A stretch of 64,000 bases of DNA from NCBI GenBank assembly GCA_043803385.1, contig JAZDKA010000010.1, forward strand, positions 989 through 64,988, read 5' to 3'. The notes beneath the pieces are model-generated. The model was not told the DNA's origin. It saw nothing but the letters and a program-made list of their open reading frames with translations, and ran no database searches. This document shows positions 38,014 to 47,499 of this stretch, one piece after another. Position numbers and translations under genes: made by a program. How positions within the stretch are numbered: position 1 is the stretch's first letter; each line of letters starts with the position of its first letter. Source of the DNA: Patescibacteria group bacterium. GTDB lineage: Bacteria > Patescibacteriota > Minisyncoccia > Moranbacterales > JAKLHP01.

Positions 38014-39225
38014 TTAAAATTTTATCCTCACAAAATCTTTTTTTCCGACTTTCATTACTTTCCCGTCATGTATTTCTGGAGTTAAAATTTCTTCTCCAAC
38101 GTTAATTTTCTCGCCATCTATTTCTACCGCTCCTTGCTTAATTAATCTTCGAGCATCGCTTCTGCTTGTTGCAACTTTAGCAGAAACCATAAAATCAAGC
38201 ACATTTTCATGAGCTTCATAAGCTTCTATATATTTAGGAGTCTGTTTTTTTGAAAAAGTATTTATAAAATTTTCCTGCGCTTTTTTGGCCTTGTTTTCTC
38301 CGTGATTTATTTTGGTTATTTCGTAGGCTAGTTGCAATTTGAAATCTCGGGGATTATTGCCAGAATCCTTCATTTTTTCCTTTATTTCAGCCACAACATT
38401 TACCGGTAAATTCGTGCAGAGCTCAAATCCGGGATTTATCAGTCCGTCAGACCAAGCCATAATTTGCCCAAACATATTCTCCGGAGTTTCATCTAAATTT
38501 ACCGCGTTGCCTTCGGTTTTTCCCATCTTTTTCCCGCTTTCATCGGCTAAAAGCTTCATAGTTAATACAAATTTTTCTTTTTTCTTAATTGCCTTCATTA
38601 AATCTCTTCCGCAAAGCATATTAAATGTCTGGTCATTTCCTCCGATTTCCAGATCAACACTCATCGCCACGCTGTCATAGCCCTGAAATATTGGATACAA
38701 AAATTCATGAATATAAATAGGCTTTTCTTTTTTTATCCTTTCTTGGAACATTTCTCTTTGCATCATTTGTTGGGCAGTAAAGTTAGAAGATAACTCAATC
38801 AAATCTTTAGATTTTAAGTTATCACTCCACTCGCTGTTATGCAAAACTTTGGCAGGATTTTCACCATCGAATTTCAAATATCTCGAAGCTTGCTCTTGGT
38901 AATTTTTGCTGTTTTCCAGCGCTTCTTCACGCGTCAGTTTTTTTCGAGCCGCGCTTTTATCGGTTGGATCGCCTATCATTCCGGTAAAATCACCGATTAG
39001 AAAAACAATTTCGTGCCCCAATCTTTGGAATTGCCCGAGCTTGTTGATAGTGATTGAATTTCCTATATGGAGTGCTTTGGCTGTAGGATCATATCCGCAA
39101 TAAAGCTTGATTCTTTTTCCGCTCATTAACAATTTTTTTAGTTCGTCTTTATTTGGGTAGATATTTTCTACTCCTCTGGTCAAAACCTCATCTATTAACT
39201 TTTCATCAGCAACGACTTTATTCAT
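38014..39225 (-). CDS. tyrS: Tyrosine--tRNA ligase
   Basis: GYDPTAKALHIGN, YPIFQGYD, GGNDQTFN, KMGKT, C-terminal S4 domain. Confidence 0.97.
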   Translation of the reverse strand: MNKVVADEKLIDEVLTRGVENIYPNKDELKKLLMSGKRIKLYCGYDPTAKALHIGNSITINKLGQFQRLGHEIVFLIGDFTGMIGDPTDKSAARKKLTREEALENSKNYQEQASRYLKFDGENPAKVLHNSEWSDNLKSKDLIELSSNFTAQQMMQREMFQERIKKEKPIYIHEFLYPIFQGYDSVAMSVDLEIGGNDQTFNMLCGRDLMKAIKKKEKFVLTMKLLADESGKKMGKTEGNAVNLDETPENMFGQIMAWSDGLINPGFELCTNLPVNVVAEIKEKMKDSGNNPRDFKLQLAYEITKINHGENKAKKAQENFINTFSKKQTPKYIEAYEAHENVLDFMVSAKVATSRSDARRLIKQGAVEIDGEKINVGEEILTPEIHDGKVMKVGKKDFVRIKF

Positions 39226-39421
39226 AAGATAATATTACCAATTCAAGCTGTTTTTGGCAAATGAACTTACTATTTACAATCACATTATTATCTGATAGAT
39301 TTTATGAAAATTAAAAAGGGAGGTGCTTGATATGGAAGAATTGATAATATTTTTTACATTAAAAAATCCGGATAAATACATAGTAGCTATCCGGTTTTTA
39401 ATTTTTTCAGATTACCTACGG

Positions 39422-39607
39422 CTACTTCCTTTCCCTCCATGAGTCATATTTTAAACCACCTGTTCTTATGGCCTTTTCTGCCTCTTCCTTGGTTAAAACA
39501 ACTCCATTTTCATCAACCACAATTTTCCTTTGAGGAGTAGCTTCTTTTTTATCTCCTATGATATCTTTATTCACGCCGGGTTCGAGATTTATCTTTTCCA
39601 TATCCAT
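39422..39607 (-). CDS. Small hypothetical protein
   Basis: 61-aa ORF co-oriented with neighbours. Confidence 0.55.
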   Translation of the reverse strand: MDMEKINLEPGVNKDIIGDKKEATPQRKIVVDENGVVLTKEEAEKAIRTGGLKYDSWRERK

Positions 39608-39673
39608 ATTTTTTTATTTTGAACAAAAGTGATTAACCCTCCTTTCTTTATTTTATAGGATTGCAATATATTG

Positions 39674-39949
39674 TCAAATCCCTAGTTTTTGCTTTATCAT
39701 TTCATATTGATCAGCTGACATTTGGCCGGAATTTTTCATATTTTCGAGCATTGGCATAATTTTGTCCTTATTTTTGGCAATATTCTCCGGAGTAAGGACT
39801 TTTTGCATCAGTTTCATTCTTTCCGCGTCGCTCATATTCATAACTTTCTTCATCATAATCCTCTGCATGAAGCCCATATTTTGAGCATCATCTTTTTTGT
39901 CGTCATCGGTATTATTTGAACTTTTACTTTTTTTGAAAGGATTCCACAT
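39674..39949 (-). CDS. Met-rich helical hypothetical protein
   Basis: 91-aa ORF directly downstream of secF. Confidence 0.7.
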   Translation of the reverse strand: MWNPFKKSKSSNNTDDDKKDDAQNMGFMQRIMMKKVMNMSDAERMKLMQKVLTPENIAKNKDKIMPMLENMKNSGQMSADQYEMIKQKLGI

Positions 39950-39984
39950 ATTAGTATTTTGTATAAAGTATAATGTATTTAGTA

Positions 39985-40884
39985 TTAAGCCTTTTTTAAT
40001 TTTAATTTATAACTTGTCACCAAAAGCGCGGAAGCGACAAATATGGAAGAATAAGTTCCGAAGAATATTCCCACTAAAAGCGCCATTGAGAAATAGCGGA
40101 TCGTTTCCCCTCCAAAAAGCACGATGGAAAATAATACTAAAATCACAGTTAGAGAGGTATTTATTGACCTGGTAATCGTTTCGTTAAGTGATTTATTGAC
40201 TATTTCTTCAAAGCTTTCGCCTTTTCCTGATTTCAAAAGATTCTCCCGAATTCGGTCATAAACGACAATTGTATCATGGACGGAAAAACCGAGAATCGTC
40301 AGAAGCGCGGCGATAAAAGAAACTCCAACCTCCACATTATGGAATCTTCCGAGGAAAACAAACACTCCGGTGGTTATCAGAACATCATGAATAAGCGCGA
40401 TAACCGCTCCAATTCCGTACTGCCAAGAAGGAACCGGACGAGAAACTTTTCGAAATGCCCAGGCAATGAAGATGCCAATTCCTATGTTGGCTAGAACAAC
40501 AGCTAAAATGGCATTTTTTTTGATTTGATTAGAAACTGAGGATCCGATAAATTCAATTCTTGTTTCTTTGTAATTTGGGTCTAACTCCTTGATTTTTTCC
40601 CGCACTTTATTATTGAGATTCTCGTCTGATGCATTGTATTTTAAAATCACGGAATTATTCTGCGAAGCCTGGACAGTAAGACTGCTTAGATTTAAATTCT
40701 TGATTTTATCCTCTATCTGCTGGTCATTTGGAATACCCTGGCTGAATTGCATTTCCATTAGCGTCCCGCCCTTGAAATCAATCCCGAACTTAAGCCCCCA
40801 GGCAAAAAGCATTATCAAACTCACTATCGTCAATGCAATGGAAAAAGTATAAAAATATTTTCTTTTATTGACTATGTCTATCAT
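39985..40884 (-). CDS. secF: Protein translocase subunit SecF
   Basis: GIDFKGG, ALIHDV, GFSVHDTIVVYDRIRE, RSINTS, GTYSSIF. Confidence 0.97.
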   Translation of the reverse strand: MIDIVNKRKYFYTFSIALTIVSLIMLFAWGLKFGIDFKGGTLMEMQFSQGIPNDQQIEDKIKNLNLSSLTVQASQNNSVILKYNASDENLNNKVREKIKELDPNYKETRIEFIGSSVSNQIKKNAILAVVLANIGIGIFIAWAFRKVSRPVPSWQYGIGAVIALIHDVLITTGVFVFLGRFHNVEVGVSFIAALLTILGFSVHDTIVVYDRIRENLLKSGKGESFEEIVNKSLNETITRSINTSLTVILVLFSIVLFGGETIRYFSMALLVGIFFGTYSSIFVASALLVTSYKLKLKKA

Positions 40885-41013
40885 CCCGGTAGTAGAATTT
40901 CGAATGAGCTTCGCTCAATAAAAATTCTCTAAATCTTTTATTATATTTTAATTTTTATTCGTAAAGTTCCAGTAGTTTTATCGCTTATTTATTTTCGAAA
41001 TTTCACTACCGGG
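40885..41013. mobile_element. 129-bp MITE with 20-bp terminal inverted repeats and TCAT target duplication
   Basis: CCCGGTAGTAGAATTTCGAA / TTCGAAATTTCACTACCGGG (18/20), flanked by TCAT at 40881-40884 and 41014-41017. Confidence 0.85.
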
Positions 41014-41023
41014 TCATAATTTT

Positions 41024-42709
41024 TTATTCTTCTTTATTTTTCTTATTCCTCATTACTATCCACATTCTCTCTTCCAGCCAATGAGTTCCGATGAACCGCA
41101 AAATATTCCGCACGATCACAATCGCCGAAAACAGCGAAACCAAAACTCCCAGAATCAAAGTAACTGCAAACCCTTTCACGAATCCGGTTCCGAAAAATAT
41201 CAGGATTATTGAGGTAATGATGGTTGAAAGATTTCCGTCTCTGATACTGGTCCAAGCCCTTTTAAAACCTTCTTCAATGGCGCTGGAAATATTTCTTCCT
41301 CTTCTGATTTCTTCTTTCGTCCTTTCAAAAATCAAAATGTTGGCATCCACTGCCATTCCGATGGAAAGAATAATTCCTGCTATTCCAGACAAAGTTAATG
41401 TTATTTCCCAGGGAGAATAAGCGGAAAGCTTGATTATTGAAACCATTATTGCCGTATAAACAATAAGGGCAAACGATGCGATAATGCCCAGAAATCTATA
41501 ATAAATTATCATGAAAATCATAACTGCGATTAATCCGATTATTCCTGCTTTCAAACTTTTTTGAAGCGACTCCATTCCCAGAGTCGCTTCGACGCTTTGC
41601 TGGGAAACCAAGATTAAGGGAATAGGAAGCGCTCCTTCATTAAGCCTCTGGGCTAGTTGTTTTGCTTCATCCACCGTAAAACTTCCCGTTATTACCGCGT
41701 CTCCGCTGGTGATTTCCGATTGCACTCGCGGAGTGCTGATCGGCTGGCCGTCAAGATAAATAGCAACTGTTTTCTCTAGATTTCTTTTAGTAATGTCGGC
41801 AAATAATTTAGTTCCTTCTGCATCAAATTTTATGGAAACTTCCGGTTCGGAAAGCCCTTGGTTCTGAAAAGTTACGGATGCGCTCTTGAGATTTTTTCCT
41901 GTAAGTCCGGTTGAAACATAAGCCTGGTTAGGAACGTCTTTTTCCTCTATTTTTTTGATTATGTGCCAACCGAATTGAGTTTCTACCAATTGCGGATAAA
42001 TTTGCCCGTCTTTCAAATTTCCTTCAAATAAAACTTTATCAAATTCCGGGACAAATGCTCCTTTCTGGACAAATCCCAAATCCCCTCCGGTTTCTTTTGA
42101 ACCAGGGTCGTCGCTGTTTTCTTTGGCAAGAGTTGTAAAATCTTCTCCGGCTAGAGATTTTTTAAGTATCTCTTCAGCTTTTTTCTTTTGTTCCTCGTCG
42201 TTGAGCTGGGGCTGATCACTTTCGTCAGCAGACGGCAATCCGCCATTTTTGGCAATTAATATATGCGCGGCGTGAATTTCATGGATCAGCTGATTTCCAG
42301 TTCCCTCTTCCTTGAATTCCAAAAACGGAGTATCTTTTATCCTTTGTTTGGCTTCCTCGATATCTTTTACACCCGGAAGTTCTACTATTATCAAATCATC
42401 TTTTCCGGATTTGGCCGTTTGGATAAGCGGTTCTCCGACTCCGAAAGCATTTATTCTTCTTTCAATAACATCCTGGACTCCCTGAAGCGCGTCAGTCTTT
42501 TTGCTGGAATCCAAATTGGAAGTGTCAGCTTTGTATTCCAAATGGATTCCGCCCTGCAAATCCAATCCCAAATTAACTTTGGCTTTATTGAAAAAGTTAT
42601 AAACCGGCTTAATTGGCTTTATTACTTCCGGATATGCCACAAGAACTGCCGAAACTGCCAGTCCTATTATCGTAAAAAATTTGTATCGAAGTTTCTCTCG
42701 AACATTCAT
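41024..42709 (-). CDS. secD: Protein translocase subunit SecD with inserted parvulin PPIase domain
   Basis: LGLDLQGG, IVELPG, GMAVDANILIFER; internal AAHILI...SDDPGS..GGDLGF...TQFGWHII. Confidence 0.96.
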   Translation of the reverse strand: MNVREKLRYKFFTIIGLAVSAVLVAYPEVIKPIKPVYNFFNKAKVNLGLDLQGGIHLEYKADTSNLDSSKKTDALQGVQDVIERRINAFGVGEPLIQTAKSGKDDLIIVELPGVKDIEEAKQRIKDTPFLEFKEEGTGNQLIHEIHAAHILIAKNGGLPSADESDQPQLNDEEQKKKAEEILKKSLAGEDFTTLAKENSDDPGSKETGGDLGFVQKGAFVPEFDKVLFEGNLKDGQIYPQLVETQFGWHIIKKIEEKDVPNQAYVSTGLTGKNLKSASVTFQNQGLSEPEVSIKFDAEGTKLFADITKRNLEKTVAIYLDGQPISTPRVQSEITSGDAVITGSFTVDEAKQLAQRLNEGALPIPLILVSQQSVEATLGMESLQKSLKAGIIGLIAVMIFMIIYYRFLGIIASFALIVYTAIMVSIIKLSAYSPWEITLTLSGIAGIILSIGMAVDANILIFERTKEEIRRGRNISSAIEEGFKRAWTSIRDGNLSTIITSIILIFFGTGFVKGFAVTLILGVLVSLFSAIVIVRNILRFIGTHWLEERMWIVMRNKKNKEE

Positions 42710-42753
42710 GCTTCTTATTATACCGAAAAAGATATTTATAGCAATACCATAAA

Positions 42754-43269
42754 TTACTTATACTTCTCCACCGTAAATTCGAATAGACTGAAATTATCTT
42801 TCAGTGGATCAATATCGCCTTTTTGGCAAGCGATGTCGATTTGCTGTTCAGTTAAATCTATTCCTCCTAGATCTGGAAGCAAGAGTCCGCATCTTCTATC
42901 CGAACATTGGACGATAATTCCGTGTTTTTTGGGATTATGATTTTTAATATCCTCTACCGGTTTTGGCTCGCTTAAAATGCTCACTTCATAATTTAATTTC
43001 GGAAGCTCATCTTTAGTTATCGGAGAAAATCTATAATCTCTTGAACAAGCCGCAACTGCATTGGAAATAATTTCTTCGGCGATATTTTTTCTGGTTGGCA
43101 AAAATGTTCCAATGCAACCGCGCAGTTCTTTTCCGTTGAAGATTGTAACAAAAACTCCCGCTTTTCTATTATAAAAATCTTTCGGAAGACTATCGGGAAC
43201 TTTCATAATTTTATTATATTTTATACATTCTTCAATGGCTTTTTTTGCTAAGTTTGTGTAATTATTCAT
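42754..43269 (-). CDS. amrA: AmmeMemoRadiSam protein A (AMMECR1 domain)
   Basis: GVFVTI..LRGCIG, DYRF, EVSILS, GLLLP. Confidence 0.93.
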   Translation of the reverse strand: MNNYTNLAKKAIEECIKYNKIMKVPDSLPKDFYNRKAGVFVTIFNGKELRGCIGTFLPTRKNIAEEIISNAVAACSRDYRFSPITKDELPKLNYEVSILSEPKPVEDIKNHNPKKHGIIVQCSDRRCGLLLPDLGGIDLTEQQIDIACQKGDIDPLKDNFSLFEFTVEKYK

Positions 43270-43305
43270 AATAAATTTTTGACATTGGAATTTGGAAATT
43301 TGACA

Positions 43306-44085
43306 TTACGGTTTCAGCGAAGCGACCATGTATCCTACTCCAAACGGTCCTTCATAACTCAATAAATTGAATTCATATTTCCCCTCCAAAGCGCCCAAGA
43401 GTATGGCAATGGAACGCAGTCCGCATTGACCCGCTTCCTCCACTAGATTTTCGTCAAAATTTAAAATTTCCCTTGTTTTAGCGGTTTTTAGGAGGTTTAT
43501 AAGCTTCTCGTCAAACTCTTTCCCTTTTTCCGAATATCCGGCTGGCGCGTCAGGCGTGAGCCTGTGGGACAAGTCTCCGCTCGCTATAATAGCTATTTTT
43601 TTATTCCCTTCGCAGCACATTTGGCTTAAAATTTTTCCGTATTCAAAATGGGTTTTCATATCCAGCATTGAAAAAGCTAAATGGACTATTTTTGGCTTGA
43701 TATTTTTTGTTAAATAATAGAGAGGAACCAGCGCGCCATGGTCCAAAAAACTTCCATGGAGATTAATTTCTATTTCAGATAAATTTGCACGATAAGCAAT
43801 CTTATCAATCGCTTCAAAATCGTTCTTAAAATCATATGTTTCATCCAATCCGAAATTTGTAAAACTTCCCCGAAGCGGAGAGGCGGAATTTATGGCGAAT
43901 CTTTGACTTTCCATTTCCGCATGCGGAGAAATGACTATTAAAGTTTCCGGATTGGCTTCTTTTAATTCCTCTCTCAATTTTTTCATCGCCGAAATGGTAT
44001 TCTTTATTTTTTTCCTATCCTCATCGCTTCCAATTCCGGGAATCATTATGGGAGGATGGGGAGTAATGGCGGCAAATGTTATCAT
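43306..44085 (-). CDS. amrB: AmmeMemoRadiSam protein B (MEMO1/LigB-like)
   Basis: PHPP, ISPH, DHG, ASGDLSH, CG, SYEGPFGVGY. Confidence 0.9.
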   Translation of the reverse strand: MITFAAITPHPPIMIPGIGSDEDRKKIKNTISAMKKLREELKEANPETLIVISPHAEMESQRFAINSASPLRGSFTNFGLDETYDFKNDFEAIDKIAYRANLSEIEINLHGSFLDHGALVPLYYLTKNIKPKIVHLAFSMLDMKTHFEYGKILSQMCCEGNKKIAIIASGDLSHRLTPDAPAGYSEKGKEFDEKLINLLKTAKTREILNFDENLVEEAGQCGLRSIAILLGALEGKYEFNLLSYEGPFGVGYMVASLKP

Positions 44086-44260
44086 ATTCTTAATTGTTAG
44101 AACTCAATTTATAGAACAATCTTTAATATTCGCGAATCAATCTAAATCCTAATTTCCAATTACCAATGTCAAATAAAGTCCTAAGCCCAAATAACCAAAT
44201 TTTTGGATTTTGAAATTGGATTTTTATTGGAAATTGGAAATTTGACATTTGGATTTTCCG

Positions 44261-45301
44261 TCAGAATCTTCCTTTAATCACAGTCCCGCACTTGGGACAT
44301 TCTCCCTTTCCTTCGATTTTTTCAACATCATATCCGGTTCTATCGATTACTTTAAATCCGCATTTGGGGCAAAAAGTGTCTTCCATATCATTATCAATAT
44401 CAATAATATTTCCGGCATAGACATACTTCAGCCCTTCTTCTTTTCCTATTTTATAAGCTCTCCTTATTTTTTCCTTTGTGGTGCTGGGAACATTTTTTAG
44501 TTTCCAGGAAATAGTTCCAAAAAATGCAGTAATATGCCAGGGGATATGATCTCCCAATTCATTTTTAATAAATCTGGCTATCCTTTTCAGCATTTCTTCG
44601 CTATCTGACATTCCGGGAATTATTAAAGTTGTAATTTCCAGCCAGACATTCTTTTTGATTATCGTTTTGCAGTTTTCAAGTATCGGATCGATTTTGGCCG
44701 CGCAATTTTTGCGGTAAAATTCATTGTCAAGGGATTTTATGTCAACATTTATTGCATCGAGATAGGGAATTACGGCATCGAGGGTTTTCGGGCTCATAAA
44801 TCCATTTGAAACCCAGACATTTTTAAGCCCTTCCTTTTTAGCAATTTTCATTGTATCTAAAGCATATTCAACCCAGATAGTCGGTTCGTTGTATGTAAAA
44901 GCGATTATTTTGCAATTATTTGCTTTGGCTTCTTTCACTATTTTTTCCGGACTCAACGGATAACCCCATTCCAAACTTCCATATTTTTCCGCTTTTCTTT
45001 TTTGCCCAAACATCTGTGAAATATCAAAATTTTGGCAATTGCCGCAGCTAAAATTGCACCCCAAAGTGCCAAAAGAATAAGCTTCTGAATCGGGATAAAA
45101 GTGATATAAGGGCTTTTTTTCAATGGGATCTATATTGGCTGCAATTGCCCTTCCGTAAGCCAAGAGATAAAGCTTGCCTTTAATGTTTTTTCTTATCCCG
45201 CAAATTCCAGTGTTTCCTTCCGGTATATGGCAAAAATGGCTGCAGTTCTGACACTGCAAAATGTCATCTTTTATTTTAACGTAATTTATGCATTCTTTCA
45301 T
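44261..45301 (-). CDS. amrS: AmmeMemoRadiSam radical SAM enzyme
   Basis: DPIEKKPLYHF, CNFSCGNCQN (CxxxCxxC), TYNEP, YAGN, C-terminal CxxC pairs. Confidence 0.95.
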   Translation of the reverse strand: MKECINYVKIKDDILQCQNCSHFCHIPEGNTGICGIRKNIKGKLYLLAYGRAIAANIDPIEKKPLYHFYPDSEAYSFGTLGCNFSCGNCQNFDISQMFGQKRKAEKYGSLEWGYPLSPEKIVKEAKANNCKIIAFTYNEPTIWVEYALDTMKIAKKEGLKNVWVSNGFMSPKTLDAVIPYLDAINVDIKSLDNEFYRKNCAAKIDPILENCKTIIKKNVWLEITTLIIPGMSDSEEMLKRIARFIKNELGDHIPWHITAFFGTISWKLKNVPSTTKEKIRRAYKIGKEEGLKYVYAGNIIDIDNDMEDTFCPKCGFKVIDRTGYDVEKIEGKGECPKCGTVIKGRF

Positions 45302-45335
45302 TTGTAAAATAATACAATTATTTTTAAGTAATATT

Positions 45336-46388
45336 CTATTTTTTAAGCTCGAAAGAATTTAAAAGTTTCCCGTCCGCTGAATATGTTTTCACTGTTATGG
45401 CGTCGCTGTTAATTTCAACCATTCCAAACGCTTGGCCGATATAAAAATATTCCGCTGTTCCCGGTTTGGGCGCATCGTGATTGAACGAATCAGTATTCCC
45501 GAAGCCAAACTGATATATTCCGTTCACCTTCCTTCGGCTTTGGATATGCTCGTGGCCTGAAAAAACCGCTGTTATTTTATTATTTACCAAAATATTCCAC
45601 AATCTATCCCTGTCTTTTGGGCTTTCATCCAAGCTCTCTCCTATTTTTGAATTGGTAGGATAGGCAGGTTCGTGAAAAAATACAAAATTATAATCTTTCC
45701 TGTTGGCAGACAAATCTTTTTCCAGCCAATCAAGTTGAACCGAATTAATATCGTTTTCTTTCGGCTTGTCGCTATCCAAAACAACAAAGTGGGAATTTTT
45801 GTAATCAAAGGAATAGGCGAATTTTGCAAAACCGGCAGGTCCGTTGGCGGGAAGATAACTGAATACTCTTTGCCAGACTGCATCGGCTTTGTCTTCTCCC
45901 GTCCTATCGTGATTCCCCTGCATCACATAGGCTTTTGAGCCGAGAGGCCCGAGAGTATTTTTCCAGCTGTTAAGTTTGCTTTCGCAATCTGCTCCCCCAC
46001 CGCAGCTTGAAACCAAATCCCCTACAGCAAAAACCAAGTCGGGATTAATTTTTTTGATATTGCTTGCGGCTTTCTGGAATCCCCCATTGGATCCCGGTTT
46101 GAAATACTGGGTGTCTCCTAAAATAGCAAAGGAAAATTTATTTTCTTCCACGGGAATTTCAACCGGTTCTTCAGTGGGTTCTTTGCTATTATTTTTCTGC
46201 CCTTCGCTTACTTCTACTATATCAGCCGGCTCTGCGTTATTTAAATCTTTGCTGCTTTCGGTGTTTTCATTGCTTATCGCTTTTTGAGTTGTCCCCCCAA
46301 TTTTTTTCTCCGCAAAAAAAGCACCTCCGGTAAAAGACGCTCCGGCTAGGATAATAAGCAAGAATATTGCTAAGATATACTTTCTCAC
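45336..46388 (-). CDS. Membrane-anchored metallophosphoesterase (calcineurin-like)
   Basis: GDTQ, GDLV, GNHD, HEP, GHEH; N-terminal hydrophobic anchor. Confidence 0.9.
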   Translation of the reverse strand: MRKYILAIFLLIILAGASFTGGAFFAEKKIGGTTQKAISNENTESSKDLNNAEPADIVEVSEGQKNNSKEPTEEPVEIPVEENKFSFAILGDTQYFKPGSNGGFQKAASNIKKINPDLVFAVGDLVSSCGGGADCESKLNSWKNTLGPLGSKAYVMQGNHDRTGEDKADAVWQRVFSYLPANGPAGFAKFAYSFDYKNSHFVVLDSDKPKENDINSVQLDWLEKDLSANRKDYNFVFFHEPAYPTNSKIGESLDESPKDRDRLWNILVNNKITAVFSGHEHIQSRRKVNGIYQFGFGNTDSFNHDAPKPGTAEYFYIGQAFGMVEINSDAITVKTYSADGKLLNSFELKK

Positions 46389-46782
46389 TATGCTATTATA
46401 GCATTTTTTAAATTTTTGGTTAATCGGCAGTAAAAAATATGAAGTCGAATCTTTGAATAAGAATAGAAAAATAATTTAAACTTAAATTCCATGCTATAGC
46501 AGTAAATTTCAGTTTTTTGCTGCCAGTATAAGTTCAAAACTGTTTTATAAAAATAAAGAGCCGAGGGCATTCGCCTACGACTCATTAATCCAACTATACT
46601 GGGTATGACTATGCCTGGTAGCATAGTTCCAGAAGAGCCTGATTATATACTTCTCTCCAGGCTACTTGACACCGCTAGGGTAAAAAATCCAATAAAAAAG
46701 GGAGCTAAACATATTTCAGTCTAGTCCCTCAACTTGCACGATAACTTGTAAAGTTATTTGCGAATTACGCGATAGGCTTTCC

Positions 46783-47268
46783 TTACCTTTTGATGCCGTG
46801 GCTTTCGCGGATTCTGTTCACCTTTTTATGGGTGTTCTCTGGGATATCCTGGTCAGGAATAATCTCGACTCCAATAGCATTGCATGAAAATATGATGTCT
46901 ATCCCAGATAGCTCTATTGATCCGTCGCCATTATCTTTGATAAAGACACCTTGGCAGGTTCCACTGTCTAACCTGCTGCCAGAAACGAAATCGCCTTTTC
47001 TCAAGACAGTGCCGTCAGATGATTGAACAAAACCGAGAAGCGGGAGAAGAATCTCTCTCCAATTTTTAACCGACCCGTTAATGTCGCCGATTTCCAGCCC
47101 CTCTTCATCATAGTATATCTCAAGGTTGTTCTCTTTATGACAACCACATTTGAGAAGATACCGCGGAAGCTTTTTCCCTTTTTCTTTTCGGTGTGTTACT
47201 CGAATTGCTTTGTATCCGCTTTCTCTTTCTTCCCCCATTTTTCTCTGAATCTTAATCCCTTTTGGCAT
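46783..47268 (-). CDS. Hypothetical protein
   Basis: AAGGAGGT SD; 161 aa with a CGCH motif; downstream hairpin. Confidence 0.75.
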   Translation of the reverse strand: MPKGIKIQRKMGEERESGYKAIRVTHRKEKGKKLPRYLLKCGCHKENNLEIYYDEEGLEIGDINGSVKNWREILLPLLGFVQSSDGTVLRKGDFVSGSRLDSGTCQGVFIKDNGDGSIELSGIDIIFSCNAIGVEIIPDQDIPENTHKKVNRIRESHGIKR

Positions 47269-47384
47269 TGCAGACCTCCTTAGATTATTGTCGAAATTCG
47301 ACTTATATTTGTATCATGGGAAGAATGTGAAGTCAGATATAAAAATAAAAAACGCTTTAATCAAGGGCTTTTTTTATTTTCAGC

Positions 47385-47412
47385 CAATGGCTAAATCGCG
47401 ATTTAGCCATTG
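47385..47412. repeat. Perfect 28-bp palindrome
   Basis: CAATGGCTAAATCG/CGATTTAGCCATTG. Confidence 0.9.
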
Positions 47413-47419
47413 AGTTAGC

Positions 47420-47497
47420 AAAACACAAAAACAGGGTTTTATCCCTGCTTTTTAAATTTGTATCATAATGCTACGGCCGTCGGAAGACGACACATTT
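47420..47497. repeat. Module-boundary element, copy 1
   Basis: AACACAAAAACAGGGTTTTATCCCTG...TTTGTATCATAATGCTACGGCCGTCGGAAGACGACACATTT. Confidence 0.9.
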
Positions 47498-47499
47498 TT

